DNA from: Williopsis jadinii
Taxonomy: Eukaryota
NCBI GenBank assembly: GCA_024346625.1
Contig: AP024668.1
Location: 248,001-312,000, forward strand
DNA: 64,000 nucleotides
Direction: 5' to 3'
Made by a program: the position numbers and the translations under genes. Below are positions 23,684-36,363 of the stretch, piece by piece; position 1 is the first letter of the stretch; every line of letters starts with the position of its first letter. The notes beneath the pieces are model-generated. The model had not been told where the DNA came from. It saw only the letters and a program-made list of their open reading frames with translations, and did not search any database.

Positions 23684-26095
23684 TCACTTCTTGCCCTTAC
23701 GCAGTTTCTTCTCTCTTTCGTATTCATTCTTCTCTGCACCTTCCACGGTATTGATCTGGTTCATGATTCTAGCCATCTTGGTGTGGTATGCAGCATAAGA
23801 TTCCTTCTTCTCCTTGATCTGTTGTCTGGCCTCGAATCTTGTATCCTTACGCAGCTCACGAAGGGCAATCCTACGCTCTTGTTTCACCTGTGCACGCATC
23901 TTGTTTGTCTCCTGTCTTTGTCTGTTTTCGTCATATGATTTCTTTTCTGGGTTGAAGTTCTCTTCAAACTTTGGTGCATATGTGGCAATGGCAAGCTTCT
24001 TATGCTCTTGTAAGGTCAATGGTTTACGCTCGTCCACTGAGAACTTGACGATTCTGTTGAACTTGTTTGCCAGTGTGTTCAAAGGTTTGAAATCAGGGTA
24101 AGATTCCTGGAACTTTGACAATATAGCAACGAAAGGTTGTGAAATCTCCAACAATGCAGTTTTATCTTTCCATGTGTCCAATGCAAGCTCAAGCGTTGAC
24201 AAGAGATGGCTAAACAGGGAAACCTTATGGACATCTCCCAACTCACGATCGACGTCAGAAATGCGAAGTTCTTTAGCATCTTGAGATAATTGTGATGGCA
24301 ATGGGAATCTTGAGTCTGGTGTTGCAGTGATACTACTGTCGGTGATTTCGATTGGTGCAATTGACAATAGTGCCTTTTGAAGGAAGAATACAACTTCTGG
24401 GATGTATCTCTTTGAATATCTTTGGTATAGCAAGAACACGTGAGCTATAAAGGCTCCACCAACAAGTAAGTTGAGTGATTTATACTTCAGCTGTTCCAAT
24501 GCTTCACCCATGACTATTGACGTTGGAGTGACGACCAAGTGGTAATGATCTGAAGTTGAGTATATGAGACCAACAACTGTGAAGAAGGACAAATCTGAAA
24601 TCATTGGGAAGACATCTTCACCGCTCAGTGATTCCAAAATACGCTCATGAATCTCTTCAATCTTATCACGCAAGGCTTCTGTGAGCTCTTTGTTGTATTT
24701 CTCCGAAAGCGTCTTAACCAAGGCGATGAGTTGTTCCTGGACTTGAGAAAAGTTTTCAGCTTCGGTCAAATTGGACTCTGACAGGTAGAGAACGTGCTGG
24801 AATAGAATCACTGTAAAAAGAGCGATCTTCTCTTTATTACCTTGCATAAGATGTGGTGCAAATGTCTTTATGATCTTTTTTGCCTGCTGTACAGTATCTT
24901 CAAATGGAATGTCCTCCAATATATCGAGCCATTCTTCGTGGGATTCAGGGCATGATGAGGAGGCAGTTGGTTGTGGCTCTGTATCATCGCCATCATCCTC
25001 GGATTCGATATCTTTCTGTGCTTCATCTTCAGATCCACTAACGACAAATCCTTCACCTTCATCGTCACTTCCCTGTGCCCAAAAATCGTCATCTAAGTCA
25101 TCTGGTCCTTTCTCAGCCTCGTCCATTGCCTCCATACGTCTCAGTCTTGCGCTCTCCAGCTCCCTCATTCTTTCAGCCCTTTCCCTCTTGATCTCTTCGT
25201 CTGTCTTGGTTCTATCGGATGGAACCGCACGTCTATCCATCGCCAATTCTTTGACTGTCATTTCATAACTCTTTGGTTCGTCGCCTGTGTAGACCTCTTT
25301 AACAGGTTTTTGCTTTGGGATTTGTCTCAAGTCACTCATAACATCTTCAAATTCCTCATCCAAGTCCATGATCTTCTCCTGTGCCTTTTCTTGGACGATT
25401 TGACGTTGTTGTTTGTAGAACTTGGACTTGGCAATGACCTCTTTCATAACCTCAGCCTTAGTCTTCTTCCTCTGTGGGAGTTGCTGATCAACCTCCTCGG
25501 TAGAAATATCATCCAATGAACGTTTCTTCGGTTTGAGGAAGTCGTCTTCATCGGAACCTTGCAGGTCGTCATCGGCTTCGAAATCGTCGTTCAACGCCAA
25601 TGATTTACCATGATGGGTCAAACCATTCGAATCATAATCATCGAACCCGTCAGCTTCATCGTCCAAGCTGAACAATGACGTCTTAGACTGCATTTGCTTC
25701 TCCCTTGTGAAACGCTCGAGCATCTTCTGCTCTGGTGTCAACGAGGAATCAGACTCACCAAAACGTCTATCTCTGAGCATACCGGACTTGTTCTTCGACG
25801 CCTTCTTTGACTGGTACGCAGCCATTCTCTGCTCTTCACCAATCTGCTTCGAGATACCAGGTTTACCTTGCCCACCTCTCATCTTCGAAGTGTCGTACTC
25901 CTTCTTCTTTCTATTCACCTTGATTTCGAATGGGTTGAACTGTTCTCTAATCTTCGAGATCACCTCCTGCTTATCATCCCTACGGGTATCTGACGGAGCC
26001 TTTTTCGTACCTTTTTTCTTCTTGACATTCGTCTGGCCCGTGAGCCCAGACTCCTTCAACGCAGCCTTCAACTGCTTCAACTGTGAGCCGGCCAT
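23684..26095 (-). CDS. NOP14: Nucleolar protein Nop14
   Basis: MAGSQLKQLK, DRRFGE, EVMKEVIAKSK, TSDHYHLVVTP, PKFEENFNP. Confidence 0.96.
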   Translation of the reverse strand: MAGSQLKQLKAALKESGLTGQTNVKKKKGTKKAPSDTRRDDKQEVISKIREQFNPFEIKVNRKKKEYDTSKMRGGQGKPGISKQIGEEQRMAAYQSKKASKNKSGMLRDRRFGESDSSLTPEQKMLERFTREKQMQSKTSLFSLDDEADGFDDYDSNGLTHHGKSLALNDDFEADDDLQGSDEDDFLKPKKRSLDDISTEEVDQQLPQRKKTKAEVMKEVIAKSKFYKQQRQIVQEKAQEKIMDLDEEFEDVMSDLRQIPKQKPVKEVYTGDEPKSYEMTVKELAMDRRAVPSDRTKTDEEIKRERAERMRELESARLRRMEAMDEAEKGPDDLDDDFWAQGSDDEGEGFVVSGSEDEAQKDIESEDDGDDTEPQPTASSSCPESHEEWLDILEDIPFEDTVQQAKKIIKTFAPHLMQGNKEKIALFTVILFQHVLYLSESNLTEAENFSQVQEQLIALVKTLSEKYNKELTEALRDKIEEIHERILESLSGEDVFPMISDLSFFTVVGLIYSTSDHYHLVVTPTSIVMGEALEQLKYKSLNLLVGGAFIAHVFLLYQRYSKRYIPEVVFFLQKALLSIAPIEITDSSITATPDSRFPLPSQLSQDAKELRISDVDRELGDVHKVSLFSHLLSTLELALDTWKDKTALLEISQPFVAILSKFQESYPDFKPLNTLANKFNRIVKFSVDERKPLTLQEHKKLAIATYAPKFEENFNPEKKSYDENRQRQETNKMRAQVKQERRIALRELRKDTRFEARQQIKEKKESYAAYHTKMARIMNQINTVEGAEKNEYEREKKLRKGKK

Positions 26096-26138
26096 TGTTA
26101 TTCTCAGCTCTCTGTTCCTGTATGCTTTGAGTTATGTC

Positions 26139-26165
26139 CTCATCGCTCTGAGCCGTGAAATTTTT
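26139..26165. promoter_or_regulatory. PAC plus RRPE elements of the NOP14 promoter
   Basis: ctcatcgc at 26139-26146 and tgaaattttt at 26156-26165. Confidence 0.7.
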
Positions 26166-26494
26166 TTTTGTATGCTCTTCGCTCTGCGCCTGGGAAATTT
26201 TAAAAACACACTCGCCACATTGTGTTACCGGATTCGTCACACACCCGCCATATGTCCCCGAATATGGTAATCAGTGTGGCTAGTGACAAACAAGACCGCG
26301 AATATTGCCACATTGAAACAACACCCGGACACCACTACAGAAAGTAGCCAGGCCAGGTTGGCCATGCTCAGCGGCCATGTTCACCGGCCAGGTTCCAGTG
26401 GCCAAAACCAAACATCAACACCAAAATACACACAACGGTAAACAGAGCAGCTCGCCAATTACACTGGAATACCACGGTAAACCACGCTGAAAAA

Positions 26495-27918
26495 ATGTCA
26501 AGAGACGCCCAAATCAAAGCAGAGAAGGATTACACGGAGATCCTGGACGAGCAATTCCCTCAGATCGAGATCTTAGCGGAGGTGAGTGGTGATACGCATA
26601 GAAAGAGAGACGGTGTGTGGCAAAGCACACATCAACAGTGCGATAGCATACTAACGTTGCCAATTAGACGGATTACACCGGTGCTCTTGAGAAGTATCTC
26701 TTGCTCGAGAAGCAGACACGTCAGGCGTCTGACCTGGCGTCGTCGAAGAGAGTGTTGTGTAAGATTGTTGATCTTTTAGCCTCGAAGAAGCAGTGGAAGT
26801 TGCTGAATGAACAGCTGGTGCTGTTGTCGAAGAAGCATGGCCAGCTAAAGCTATCCGTGCAGGCTTTTGTCCAGCAGGCTATGACATACTTGGATGCTAC
26901 TGGCGATCTGGAGAGTAAGGTGGCGTTGATTGAGACGATTAGAACCATTACGGAGTCCAAGATCTTCGTTGAAGTGGAGAGAGCCAAGGTCACCAGAGAG
27001 CTCTCGCACATTAGAAGAAGCGAAGGCAAAATCGACGAAGCCACCGACTTGCTTGTTGAGCTACAAGTTGAAACGTACGGTTCCATGCCGTTGAGAGAGA
27101 AGATGGAGTTCATCCTTGAACAGATGGAGCTGTGTATCCTCAGAGGTGACTTTACACAGGCCACGATTCTGTCTAGAAAGATCCTTATAAAGACGCTACA
27201 ACAGGCTGAGTACCAGGATATCAAGCTTCAGTACTATGAGCTCTTGATCAAGATTGGCTTGCACAACCATGAATACTTGAACATCACCAGATACTACCTC
27301 TCCATCTATGAGATTGAGTCTATCAAAGCAGACGAGACTAAGTGGAAACCAGTGTTGACTAATATCGTGTATTTCATTGTGCTTTCTCCCTATGATAACA
27401 TGCAGAACGATCTCATCAACAGAATCCAAACTGACACCAATTTGAAGAAACTGGAATTGCAACACAGACTGGTCCAATCGTTCATCACCCAGGAATTGAT
27501 GAGATGGCCAATCATCAAGGAGATGTACCACTCTGAGCTGGAGTTGTCTGACGTCTTCAACCCAAAGTTTGAGACAAGTACTAAGCATTGGGAGGATCTA
27601 CGCAACAGAGTCATCGAGCACAACTTGAGGGTGATCTCCACTTACTACACCAGAATCACACTCGCACGCTTGAACGAGCTCCTGGATTTGAAAGAGTCAG
27701 AGACTGAGCAGTTCATCAGTTTGTTGGTGAACCAAGGCACGATCTACGGTAAGATCAACAGACCGGCAAAGCTTGTTGAATTTGCCAAACCAAAGGACTC
27801 CAATGAGCTGTTAAACGAATGGTCCAACAACGTCGACTCGTTACTGGGTCACATTGAAACCATTGGCCATCTAATCACCAAAGAAGAGATGATGGCTGGC
27901 ATCAAGAGAAGATCCTAA
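26495..27918 (+). CDS. RPN5: Proteasome lid subunit Rpn5; exons 26495-26581, 26668-27918 (86-nt intron GTGAGT..TACTAAC..TAG)
   Basis: MSRDAQIKAEKDY, LEKQTRQASD, KIFVEVERA, ELQVETYGSM, PCI-domain RVIEHNLRVIS. Confidence 0.97.
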
Positions 27919-27928
27919 AGCGAACAAG

Positions 27929-28756
27929 TCATCTCTTGTTATCTTCACGCCTTTTTTTAGCACTCTCCACCAATTCATCCCATCTCTCTGATAGCTTTCT
28001 CCTTGTACATTCGAGCTTGTAGTTCTCCCTCGTCAGTGCTTCGATCTTTGCTTCGTATCCCTGTTTCTTTACCTGCTCCTGCTCGTGGAGATCCCTCTTG
28101 AGCTGAGATAGATAGCTCTTCAAGTTTATCCTCACGCGCTTATGGAACGATTCGTAGAGCTGTAGATTCTCACTGCTTACGCTCAGCAGCTGTTTCAAGG
28201 TTGCATTCTCAAGCTCGAGCTCCTCGATGGTCTTCCCGGTGTGCTTAACGTCCAAGGGCTTAGTATCGTCCAGTGACACCATTGGAGGCTTCAGCAGGCT
28301 CATCACCTGTATTTGGAACCTGCTCACAGGGTCCATCTCGTCCTCCTTGCCCAACTGAATGCTCATCATCCCCCTGGCGGTCGCCAGTGACCCCACGATG
28401 CTGTCCTTTGGCTCCCTCTCCCTCTCCCTCGCAGACGTCGACGTCGATGTTGATGTTGACGCCGACGCGGACGGCGTAGGCCGGCTCAAGGGCACATTCT
28501 CCATGCTCTGAAGCTCCCGGCTCCGCCTGGCACACTGCTCAGCCAGCAGCCCCAGTGCCTCCTTCACCTCCCTGTTCTCCGTCTGGCCAATGTGCTCCTT
28601 GAAGGACTCCGCAGCCTTCAAGTACAGCGCACTGGCATCTTTGTACTGGCCCTTGGTGACGAGCGCATCCGCCTTATCAACGATATCATAGATCTAACCC
28701 GTTAGCTTCCTTCACACGCTGCTATGGTACTGGGCTACACTCACCTCAACCAACAT
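27929..28756 (-). CDS. ATG38: MIT-domain plus coiled-coil PI3K complex I subunit; exons 28756-28745, 28693-27929 (51-nt intron GTGAGT..AGCTAAC..TAG)
   Basis: Spliced MLVE|IYDIVDKADALVTKGQYKDASALYLKAAESF is MIT-like; C-terminal LSERWDELVESAKKRR; near TUB4 as for S. cerevisiae YLR211C. Confidence 0.8.
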
Positions 28757-28949
28757 TTCTCCGCCTAGAGGTCTCCCTAGCGCTCCGTCCGTCTGTGTAG
28801 GCTGCTCCTTCTGGCTGTGGATTGCTCTGTCCGCCTGTGTGTGGTTTGTGTCACTGAATTAGGCAGCCCGCACGCTGCGAAAAGCGGAAAAGGCATCATC
28901 ATCACACCATCTTCAGCGGACAGAGAAGGCTCGCCAATTGTATGGGCAA

Positions 28950-30359
28950 ATGGAACAGGAACACATCTTTGCACACTCGGAGGACTTCTGGGACTACGCA
29001 CAGAGCTCGCTGAGATGCGAGTCCCCCGGCGAGCTCTCCACCGTCAACAAGGCGCTGGTGAAGTACCTCAAGCTGGTAGGGGATCACATACTGGTGTTCG
29101 TGAACGACGACCAGGACCTGTACCGGTGTGGGCTTTCGCTGGTGTGTTCTGAGTTCTATGAGAGTAACAAGCAGTTCTGCGTGTCCAAGCAGCTGAGTCT
29201 GCTGAGCATTGACGGACTGGACCAGAACATCCGGCTGTTCTCGAGTTATGTGCTGCTGTTGGATTGTAAGAACGACTCTTCTCAGCTACAGGTGATGTAC
29301 GACTACCACGCGTTCTCGGTGCTGTACAGGAGTCTACGCCAGCTGTTTGAGACGTTTGCCCTGCTGGATGATGATAGGGACATGGGCTCGTTGGGGATAC
29401 TGAGGAAGACGTGTACAGTACAGCTGGACATAATGTTTCAGATGTGCAAGTACATGAGCATTTCCTACGAAGAGTTGCAGTTGATAGACACGTTCTTCAT
29501 CAACTACATCTTTGAGTCACTGGTGGTTGCAGACGTCGATGACGTGTTCAATGCTGCCAAGTTCAAGCTCATATTGGCGATGAATGAGCAGTTCATGATT
29601 GCAGCACGCCAGCATCATCATCTGGAGAACAAGGTGCTCTCGGTAGTGGCAACGCACAGGACATTCAGAAACTTCAGTGAGTGTCTGCTCATGTTCTTCA
29701 ACAGAGAGGAGGACCGTTGTCTTCAGATAATGATCTCAAAGATCATCTATCTGATCTTCACTTCGAAGAAAACCGCAGATGTGTTCTACCATAACGATCT
29801 GAACGTTATGGTTGATGTTCTCATCAGAGAGCTGACCAATCTAAGCGAAGAGGACGATTCGATTCGACACACGTTCCTGAGGGTTCTGTACCCTTTGCTG
29901 CAACGGAAGCAGTTTGAAGCTTCGCATTATAAGAAGGCCGAGTTGGTATCGTTGTTGACCTACCTATCAGGTATAGGTCAAACCTTCTGGGTTCCATCCG
30001 ATACAACAAAGAGATTAGCATCGAGATGTCTGAAGCTCAGCTGGTTACAGCCACAGAGTGAAACTACTGACGATGTTGAGTCGATCAAGAGCGATCATTC
30101 CTCCATCATCAACGATAGAATCGACACTGCAGTGTCGTCAACTGTCTCTTTGCCTTCGACAACAAAGAATGGGCACATTATAGCTCCACCACAACTACCA
30201 CATCAACATCATAGAAACTCAGATACGTCTCTTGCATCAATGTCAAAGAAGATCACGCCACCCCCACCAGTTCCCAGACATAGAAACCATTCAGATACGT
30301 CATTGCCTTATAGGAGACAGGCACCTCCTCCACCACCACCTTCTAGAAAGAAAAAATAA
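28950..30359 (+). CDS. LDB17: SPIN90/Ldb17 Arp2/3 activator with Pro-rich tail
   Basis: FYHNDLNVMVDVLIREL...RHTFLRVLYPLL; PPPPPPSRK tail; synteny with RPN5 and COP1. Confidence 0.88.
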   Translation: MEQEHIFAHSEDFWDYAQSSLRCESPGELSTVNKALVKYLKLVGDHILVFVNDDQDLYRCGLSLVCSEFYESNKQFCVSKQLSLLSIDGLDQNIRLFSSYVLLLDCKNDSSQLQVMYDYHAFSVLYRSLRQLFETFALLDDDRDMGSLGILRKTCTVQLDIMFQMCKYMSISYEELQLIDTFFINYIFESLVVADVDDVFNAAKFKLILAMNEQFMIAARQHHHLENKVLSVVATHRTFRNFSECLLMFFNREEDRCLQIMISKIIYLIFTSKKTADVFYHNDLNVMVDVLIRELTNLSEEDDSIRHTFLRVLYPLLQRKQFEASHYKKAELVSLLTYLSGIGQTFWVPSDTTKRLASRCLKLSWLQPQSETTDDVESIKSDHSSIINDRIDTAVSSTVSLPSTTKNGHIIAPPQLPHQHHRNSDTSLASMSKKITPPPPVPRHRNHSDTSLPYRRQAPPPPPPSRKKK

Positions 30360-30416
30360 ATCAACTGCATCTTTGAAATAGCATCATGGGCATTCTGTTC
30401 AATTACATATATACAT

Positions 30417-31822
30417 TCATACCTGTACGTCTTCATCCTCATCGTCATCTAAATAACTCACCAACTCTGCCTTTCTGTACTCATCGATGACACCTTGAAC
30501 GGTTTCCCTGGAATCACGGAACTCATCCATTCCGTCTTGGAACAGTTTCCCGTCCTGGTAACCACCTATGAAGGCATTTCTTCTCATGATCTTATCGTAT
30601 TGTTGACAAGTCTTATCCAATAGAGTGACTATGGATGAATTATTAGAGAGCATAAGTCCACTAACGTAGTCGGAGTTTGGAGTCTGAAGATGTGGTGATT
30701 TCTTCCCTTGAGCAATGTGTACGCTCGACGAAGACCACGGAACAAACTTGGCACGTTGCTGTGCCTTGATAATCGATTTCTGGATATCGGTTTGGTCGTA
30801 ATCACCTTGTAAGATGTCGAATATGGAAATGTACGAGTCGTGCTTGTCATCGTTGTCAATCATTCGAATTTTCCGATCCAATAGCTCCAAAACAACGTCG
30901 TAAGCACTCGATTTACGTATCATTCTCGCATCATGTACAAAGTCAGACGTGTAAGGTGTATAGCTCGGTACTAAGAAGTGCAAATCTGGAGTAGGCACCA
31001 GCGTCGAGACAATCCGCGTCATTGAGTTATACATATAGCCTGGATATCTCACCGTGTTGGTCGTAGCAGACATTATAGTGGAGATTAACTGGTTCATTTG
31101 GAAAATTGTAGGGCTCGAGCTTTGGAATGTCCTTGTTGCATTCTTCAACAACGCGCTGTTCTCGATGACGATGTTGGTGTCTGCATTCTCAATCAGCCTC
31201 TTCAGTGTTAAGACCGTGTTATACGGTTGAACAACGACATCACTTGATTGACCACTCTCTGGAAAGATAGAATACGTCATAACCAGCTTCTTGTTGTATC
31301 TATCGCTCAGCAGTTCCAGCAGGTAAGAACCAACACCTGAACCTGTTCCTCCGGCAACACTGTGTAAGAGCTGAAACGCTTCAAGGTTATCACACGAGTC
31401 CAACTCCCTATCGATGGTCTCCAGGAAGTACTCCTTCTCCGTGTCGGCATAGTCATAACCCTTGGACCAGATATTCCCTGCGCCCAACCCGCTAGAGCTC
31501 TGGTGGATGTTCCGGTGGTTGAAGAGATTAGACGTTGTACTTCTGATATCATTGATAACACCTGGCTCCAGATCAACCAGCAGTGCTCTCGGGGTGAATC
31601 TCTTATCATCGTTGCTCTGGAAGAACACATTTGTCTCATCCGTACGCTTGTCGTCCGTCGTTGTAAGCCCGTCAGCTCCAATAGCATGCTCACGACACAG
31701 TTGAGACCAAAACTGCTGGCCAACTTGATTACCGCACTGTCCCACTTGCAAGGTGATGATTTGTCTGAAACTTCGTTAGTACAGGGCATTAACTTCGCAT
31801 GGGCCATTGTCACTTACGGCAT
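30417..31822 (-). CDS. TUB4: Gamma-tubulin; exons 31822-31818, 31764-30417 (53-nt intron GTAAGT..TACTAAC..CAG)
   Basis: MPQIITLQVGQCGNQ, HSVAGGTGSG, SDVVVQPYN. Confidence 0.95.
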
Positions 31823-32120
31823 AGTCCTTTTTTCCGTTATAAAACGCGTCAAATGTGTCAAACTCGGCTGTGCTGGTTGATGTTGATGACGATTTTAGTG
31901 AGAATTCACGTAAATGTAAACAATGGTGTCCGGATGTTGATATCTATATATCGGTTTTCTCTCGTTGGTGAGTACATCTCCATCATCAACAACTGCTACA
32001 ATTTCTTTACAAAGATGGAGTAGTCTCACATATTTTCGGTTTACATTAAAGTCATCTAACAAACAGACTGTGTTTATTTATCTTTCCTTGTTTTGTTTGG
32101 ACGTCTGGGCGTCTGTGTCT

Positions 32121-35100
32121 TCAGTTCAAACGAATCTTCAAGCCAGAAGATGTAGCACCAATGGTTGAAATTCCAACAATCTTATCGAGTTTGCCCTTCT
32201 CAGAAGAATGGTATTTGGCACCGGTGAAAGGATCAGACACGTGTGGAGTTCCCTTGTAAATAGGGGTGTAGGTAGCAGCACAAACGTCAAACTCGGCGTC
32301 CTGGTCGAAGTCGATCTCGATGGCATCACGTCCAATGGTATCAGATTTGGCCTTGATTTTCTGTGCTTGTTCAGCACGAGGACCACTTGTTACAATCTTC
32401 AGGAACTCAGATGCGAAATAAGACGCCGAGGCAAAGTTCTTGTGTTTGAAGGATTGACTCATAGCAACCTGAAGGGCATTGACACGGTGATTTGGAATCA
32501 AGCCGGCTCTGGAGAAGTATGCAGCCAATTCCAAGTTACGCTGGATATCTTCAGGTGCCAAAGAACGACGCTCAAGCTCAATGGATAACCCAAGGATGTA
32601 TTCACGAGCAAGAGAAAGAGCCTCCTTCGCCTTGTCCTCGTCATCAACATTATCCACAGCGAGTACTGCAATTGTGTATATCACATGTCTAAACGACTCA
32701 ATAGCAGCTTCCAAATTGTTAGCTTTGAAGTTCTTGAAACCTTCATTGATTGTTTTTGTAATTTCATCAATTCCAGGGATGAATGGCAAAACTTTGTTCA
32801 ACTCCTCCTCCTCAGAGTCAGAACGGATGAATACATTCACAGGTGGATAACCTTCTGATCCAGGAAGGACGAGCTTAGAAGCACCGTACACCTGCAAGAA
32901 ACGTGAACGCAGTGGCTCGAAGTTAACTGCACCAATTTGTCTATTGAGCACTTGAGCAGCAGTGTCAAAAGATCCAGCTGCAACGTGAACAGCAGCAAGT
33001 TTGGAGTTACGGTACCAGTGGCCAACTTCACCAGTGAGAACAGTGCCTTCAGCAACCTCGAGTTCTTCTTCGTTATCAACGTCAACTTCGAGGTCTTCAT
33101 CATCAAGGTCCCAACCACCGTCTTCTTGGGCAAAATCTTCGTCGTCAAACATTGGTTCTTCAAAGGCTGAAACACCGCTCTTTGGAGATGTAACTGTCTC
33201 CTCATCTGGTGTTTCTTCGACAATTTCCATATCTTCCAGTTGGCCAGCGATGGCCTTTTCGAAGTATGATGGTTCAGCAGCCTTCAATGGCCAATTGGAG
33301 ACACCACTGGTGGTGACAGGCTGTGGTCTAACCACAGGTTTGCTTTGGGGCAAATCAATATCATCAGCACTGACACCAGCTTGTTCCAAGATGGATTCAG
33401 CGAGTTCGTGGTGACCATTGGTTTTTGCAACAGCATAAGCCAAAGAATAATTACCGGCTTGTGCAAACAATTCGGCTCTCTTCAGGGTGTCGTTGTTGTA
33501 AATTGTGTTCTGGATAAAAGAACCAATGTGACCACGTTGTTCAGCAATGATCTGCATCTTACCTAGCTTGTTGAAGTCACCAGAAATCAAGTACAAGAAG
33601 GACAACTTGTCAAAGTGTTGTTGTGTTTGGTAAACCAACTCAACAACAGCTGTGTTACCTTGCTTTAAAGCTTCTTTACCCAACTTCTCCCAGATTTGAG
33701 CATTGTTCAAGGTCTTAGCCTCCTCTAAGGCAATCTCGATGTTGCCGCATTCAATAGCCAAGTCGAATTTGGTCTGTGGATCCTGAACAAATTGAAGAGC
33801 AACTTCTGGATAACCAGACTTTTGCAAATAAGCAATAATGTTCTGACCAACAAGTTTGGAAGTCTTGATGAGACGCAAGACCTCGTAAAAGTTTTTGTTA
33901 ACCAATGCCTTCTTGAAACGGTATTCAGTACTATCAATCTTAACGATCTCAACTTCACCCTTTCTGTTTAAAGTATAGACATCTCTTCCAGAAACCTTGG
34001 TAATATACAATGTATCTTCAAGTGTCTTGATGATACCATTATCACCGTTCAACAATGTGTACTTGATGTGGTTCAAAGTGGAGTAGAACAAAACACCGGT
34101 TTCTTCCCAAGCAGCACTCTTGATACGAATAGTCTCGTGCATAGAAGTAATAACCTCCAATTTCTTGTTGACAATGGTGATAGTGTGCTTACTCAAGAGT
34201 GCCAAATATTGACCGTCAAGAGACCAAGAAACGTACTTCACGTTGTTGACCTGGACTTCTGCCAACACCTTTCTCTGCTGGGCATCATAGTGAACCACAG
34301 AGTTGGCCTTCAACAAGAGAACGGTACCCGGACCAGCAGACACAACATCCTTAACGCTTCCAGGCAATTTGATGGATTTGGTTGTCGTGTTATCCAAATC
34401 CTTGACTTCCAAAGTTTGAGAAGATGACGTGTATACAACAAATCTGTTACGAGCAATAAAAGTGGCAAAGTTACCATCACCAAGTTTGTAATCCGTTGGC
34501 TCGATGGCACCAGTGACATCCTTTGGCAATGCAATTAAAGCATACTGATCGCCTGTTGTAACCAAGATGGAGCGCGAGCTTGGATTGTATGAAAGGCTTC
34601 TCAAGTTGGTCCAAGCATTTCCAATTTTCTTCAAGGAGAGCATTGGTAAAGAAGATACCTGTCTTTGGTAGTCGAAAACTTGAACCTGTTTCTCGTTGTT
34701 GATGTAGTAAAGTTGGTCTTGGAAAAGTGTCTGAGCTGGTCTTTCACGATCCAGTTTGAACACCATGACACCAGAGTCGTGACATGCAGCAAACAAGTTG
34801 ATATGTGGGTGGGAACAAACCATCCAGAATCTATCATTGTCTCTCTTAAACTGTTTAACAGGGGTACGTTTGTTCAAATCCCAGACTCTGATGGTCTTAT
34901 CCTCACCAACGGAAATGATGAGGTCTTGGGTTGGGTGAAACAAACAACTCAAAACATTATGGGTGTGACCTCTACATGTGTCGACTTCCCATGCTCTGCT
35001 GTCGCTCATTCTCCAGAGTTTCACCTGTCTGTCGTCCGAACCCGAGACAATCAATGGCAAACGTGGGTGGAAAGAAGCCCAGTTAACACCTCTGTCATGG

Positions 35101-36022
35101 CCTTCAAGGATGTACTTAACAATAGCATCGGTGTTACCAAAGATGTCCTGTTGTGGGATCTGCTGACGGTTAAACTGGTCCTCGTACATGTTACCCTGTT
35201 GAGGAGCGGAATGCTTCTGTCTCAAGCCAGAGATGTCCCAGACTCTGACTGTTTGATCCAACGACGCAGAGACAATCAAGTCCTCAGAAGGATGGAATTG
35301 GGCGCACATGACATAGTGGTTATGGCCTGTCAAGCAGGCAATTTCTTGACGGTTTTGCCAGTTCCAGATTCTCACAGTTTGGTCATCAGATGCGGAGATG
35401 ATCCACGGTAAATCGTGATGGAAGAACACGGTTCTAACGTAGTCCAAGTGACCAGACAACGTGAACAAGCACTTGCGGGTGTCCAATGACCAGACTTTGA
35501 TGGAGTAGTCATCTCCACCAGACACGAAAAGGGGTTGCGTTGGGTGGAAATCAACACAACGAACAGAGCCCTCATGGCCTTCAAAACGGTCAATCAAAGT
35601 GCCCATTCTATAGTCCCAGAGTTGGATAGTCGAGGAGTATAGGGAAACAAGAATCCAAGGTCTAGAGTCGATGTTAGCACTTGTATCGAAACAGAGGCAA
35701 CCAGCTCATGCCAAAAAACATACCTCGTTGGGTGGAAGGCAATACCCTTCGCACGCGACGACTTGGATTCGAACTAGATGGAAAACCAGTTAGTACTTCG
35801 ATCTATCAGAGGCACCAGGTAAACACTGAGCCTCCATTCACCACGTCGAGGGTCAATTGAACAGTCAAGCGCTCAGATGAACTGACACCAAAACAACAGT
35901 AACAACAGGGCATTACTACCCACACAGTGCCAGTTCCTACGCACAACAATCCAGCGTACAGCCGAGCAAATGAGACCTCCACACAGCGCTTAGAATGGAC
36001 TCACCTTTGTTAGCATCTTCAT
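32121..36022 (-). CDS. COP1: Coatomer alpha subunit; exons 36022-36005, 35773-35724, 35661-32121
   Basis: Spliced MKMLTK|FESKSSRAKGIAFHPTR|PWILVSLYSSTIQLWDYRMGTLIDRF; WD40 repeats; introns 35774-36004 (GTGAGT) and 35662-35723 (GTATGT). Confidence 0.97.
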
Positions 36023-36363
36023 CGTGTCGTAAGCGTTTAACAGCTGAAGCGCCGAGTTCTTGATGCTTTTGGTGTGTGTGTTTTGATTGTAAAATTGTGT
36101 TGTGCTGGCAAAGGATCGCAAAATGTCTCGAACGTCAGGAAAAAAGGGCGCGATCCAGAGATGGCCGTATTGGGAAATATTCGCGGAGATGGCTTTTCGA
36201 GGGGGGATAGGCCGGGTAACAGTATATGGCGTAATGGGCTTGGTATTGGTATTATACTACAAATGACGATACATCACTTTTGATACTGAGTGGTCGTTAT
36301 GATTCGTTTGATGAGGTTTATGGTTTTGAGTGTCCCTTGCTGAGAGTTTTACTATGTGTCTCT

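Noticed and set aside
26495..26779. 94-aa ORF at the RPN5 start (and the similar 44737-45126 ORF at CCL1)
   Set aside because: Exon 1 read through the intron, not separate genes.
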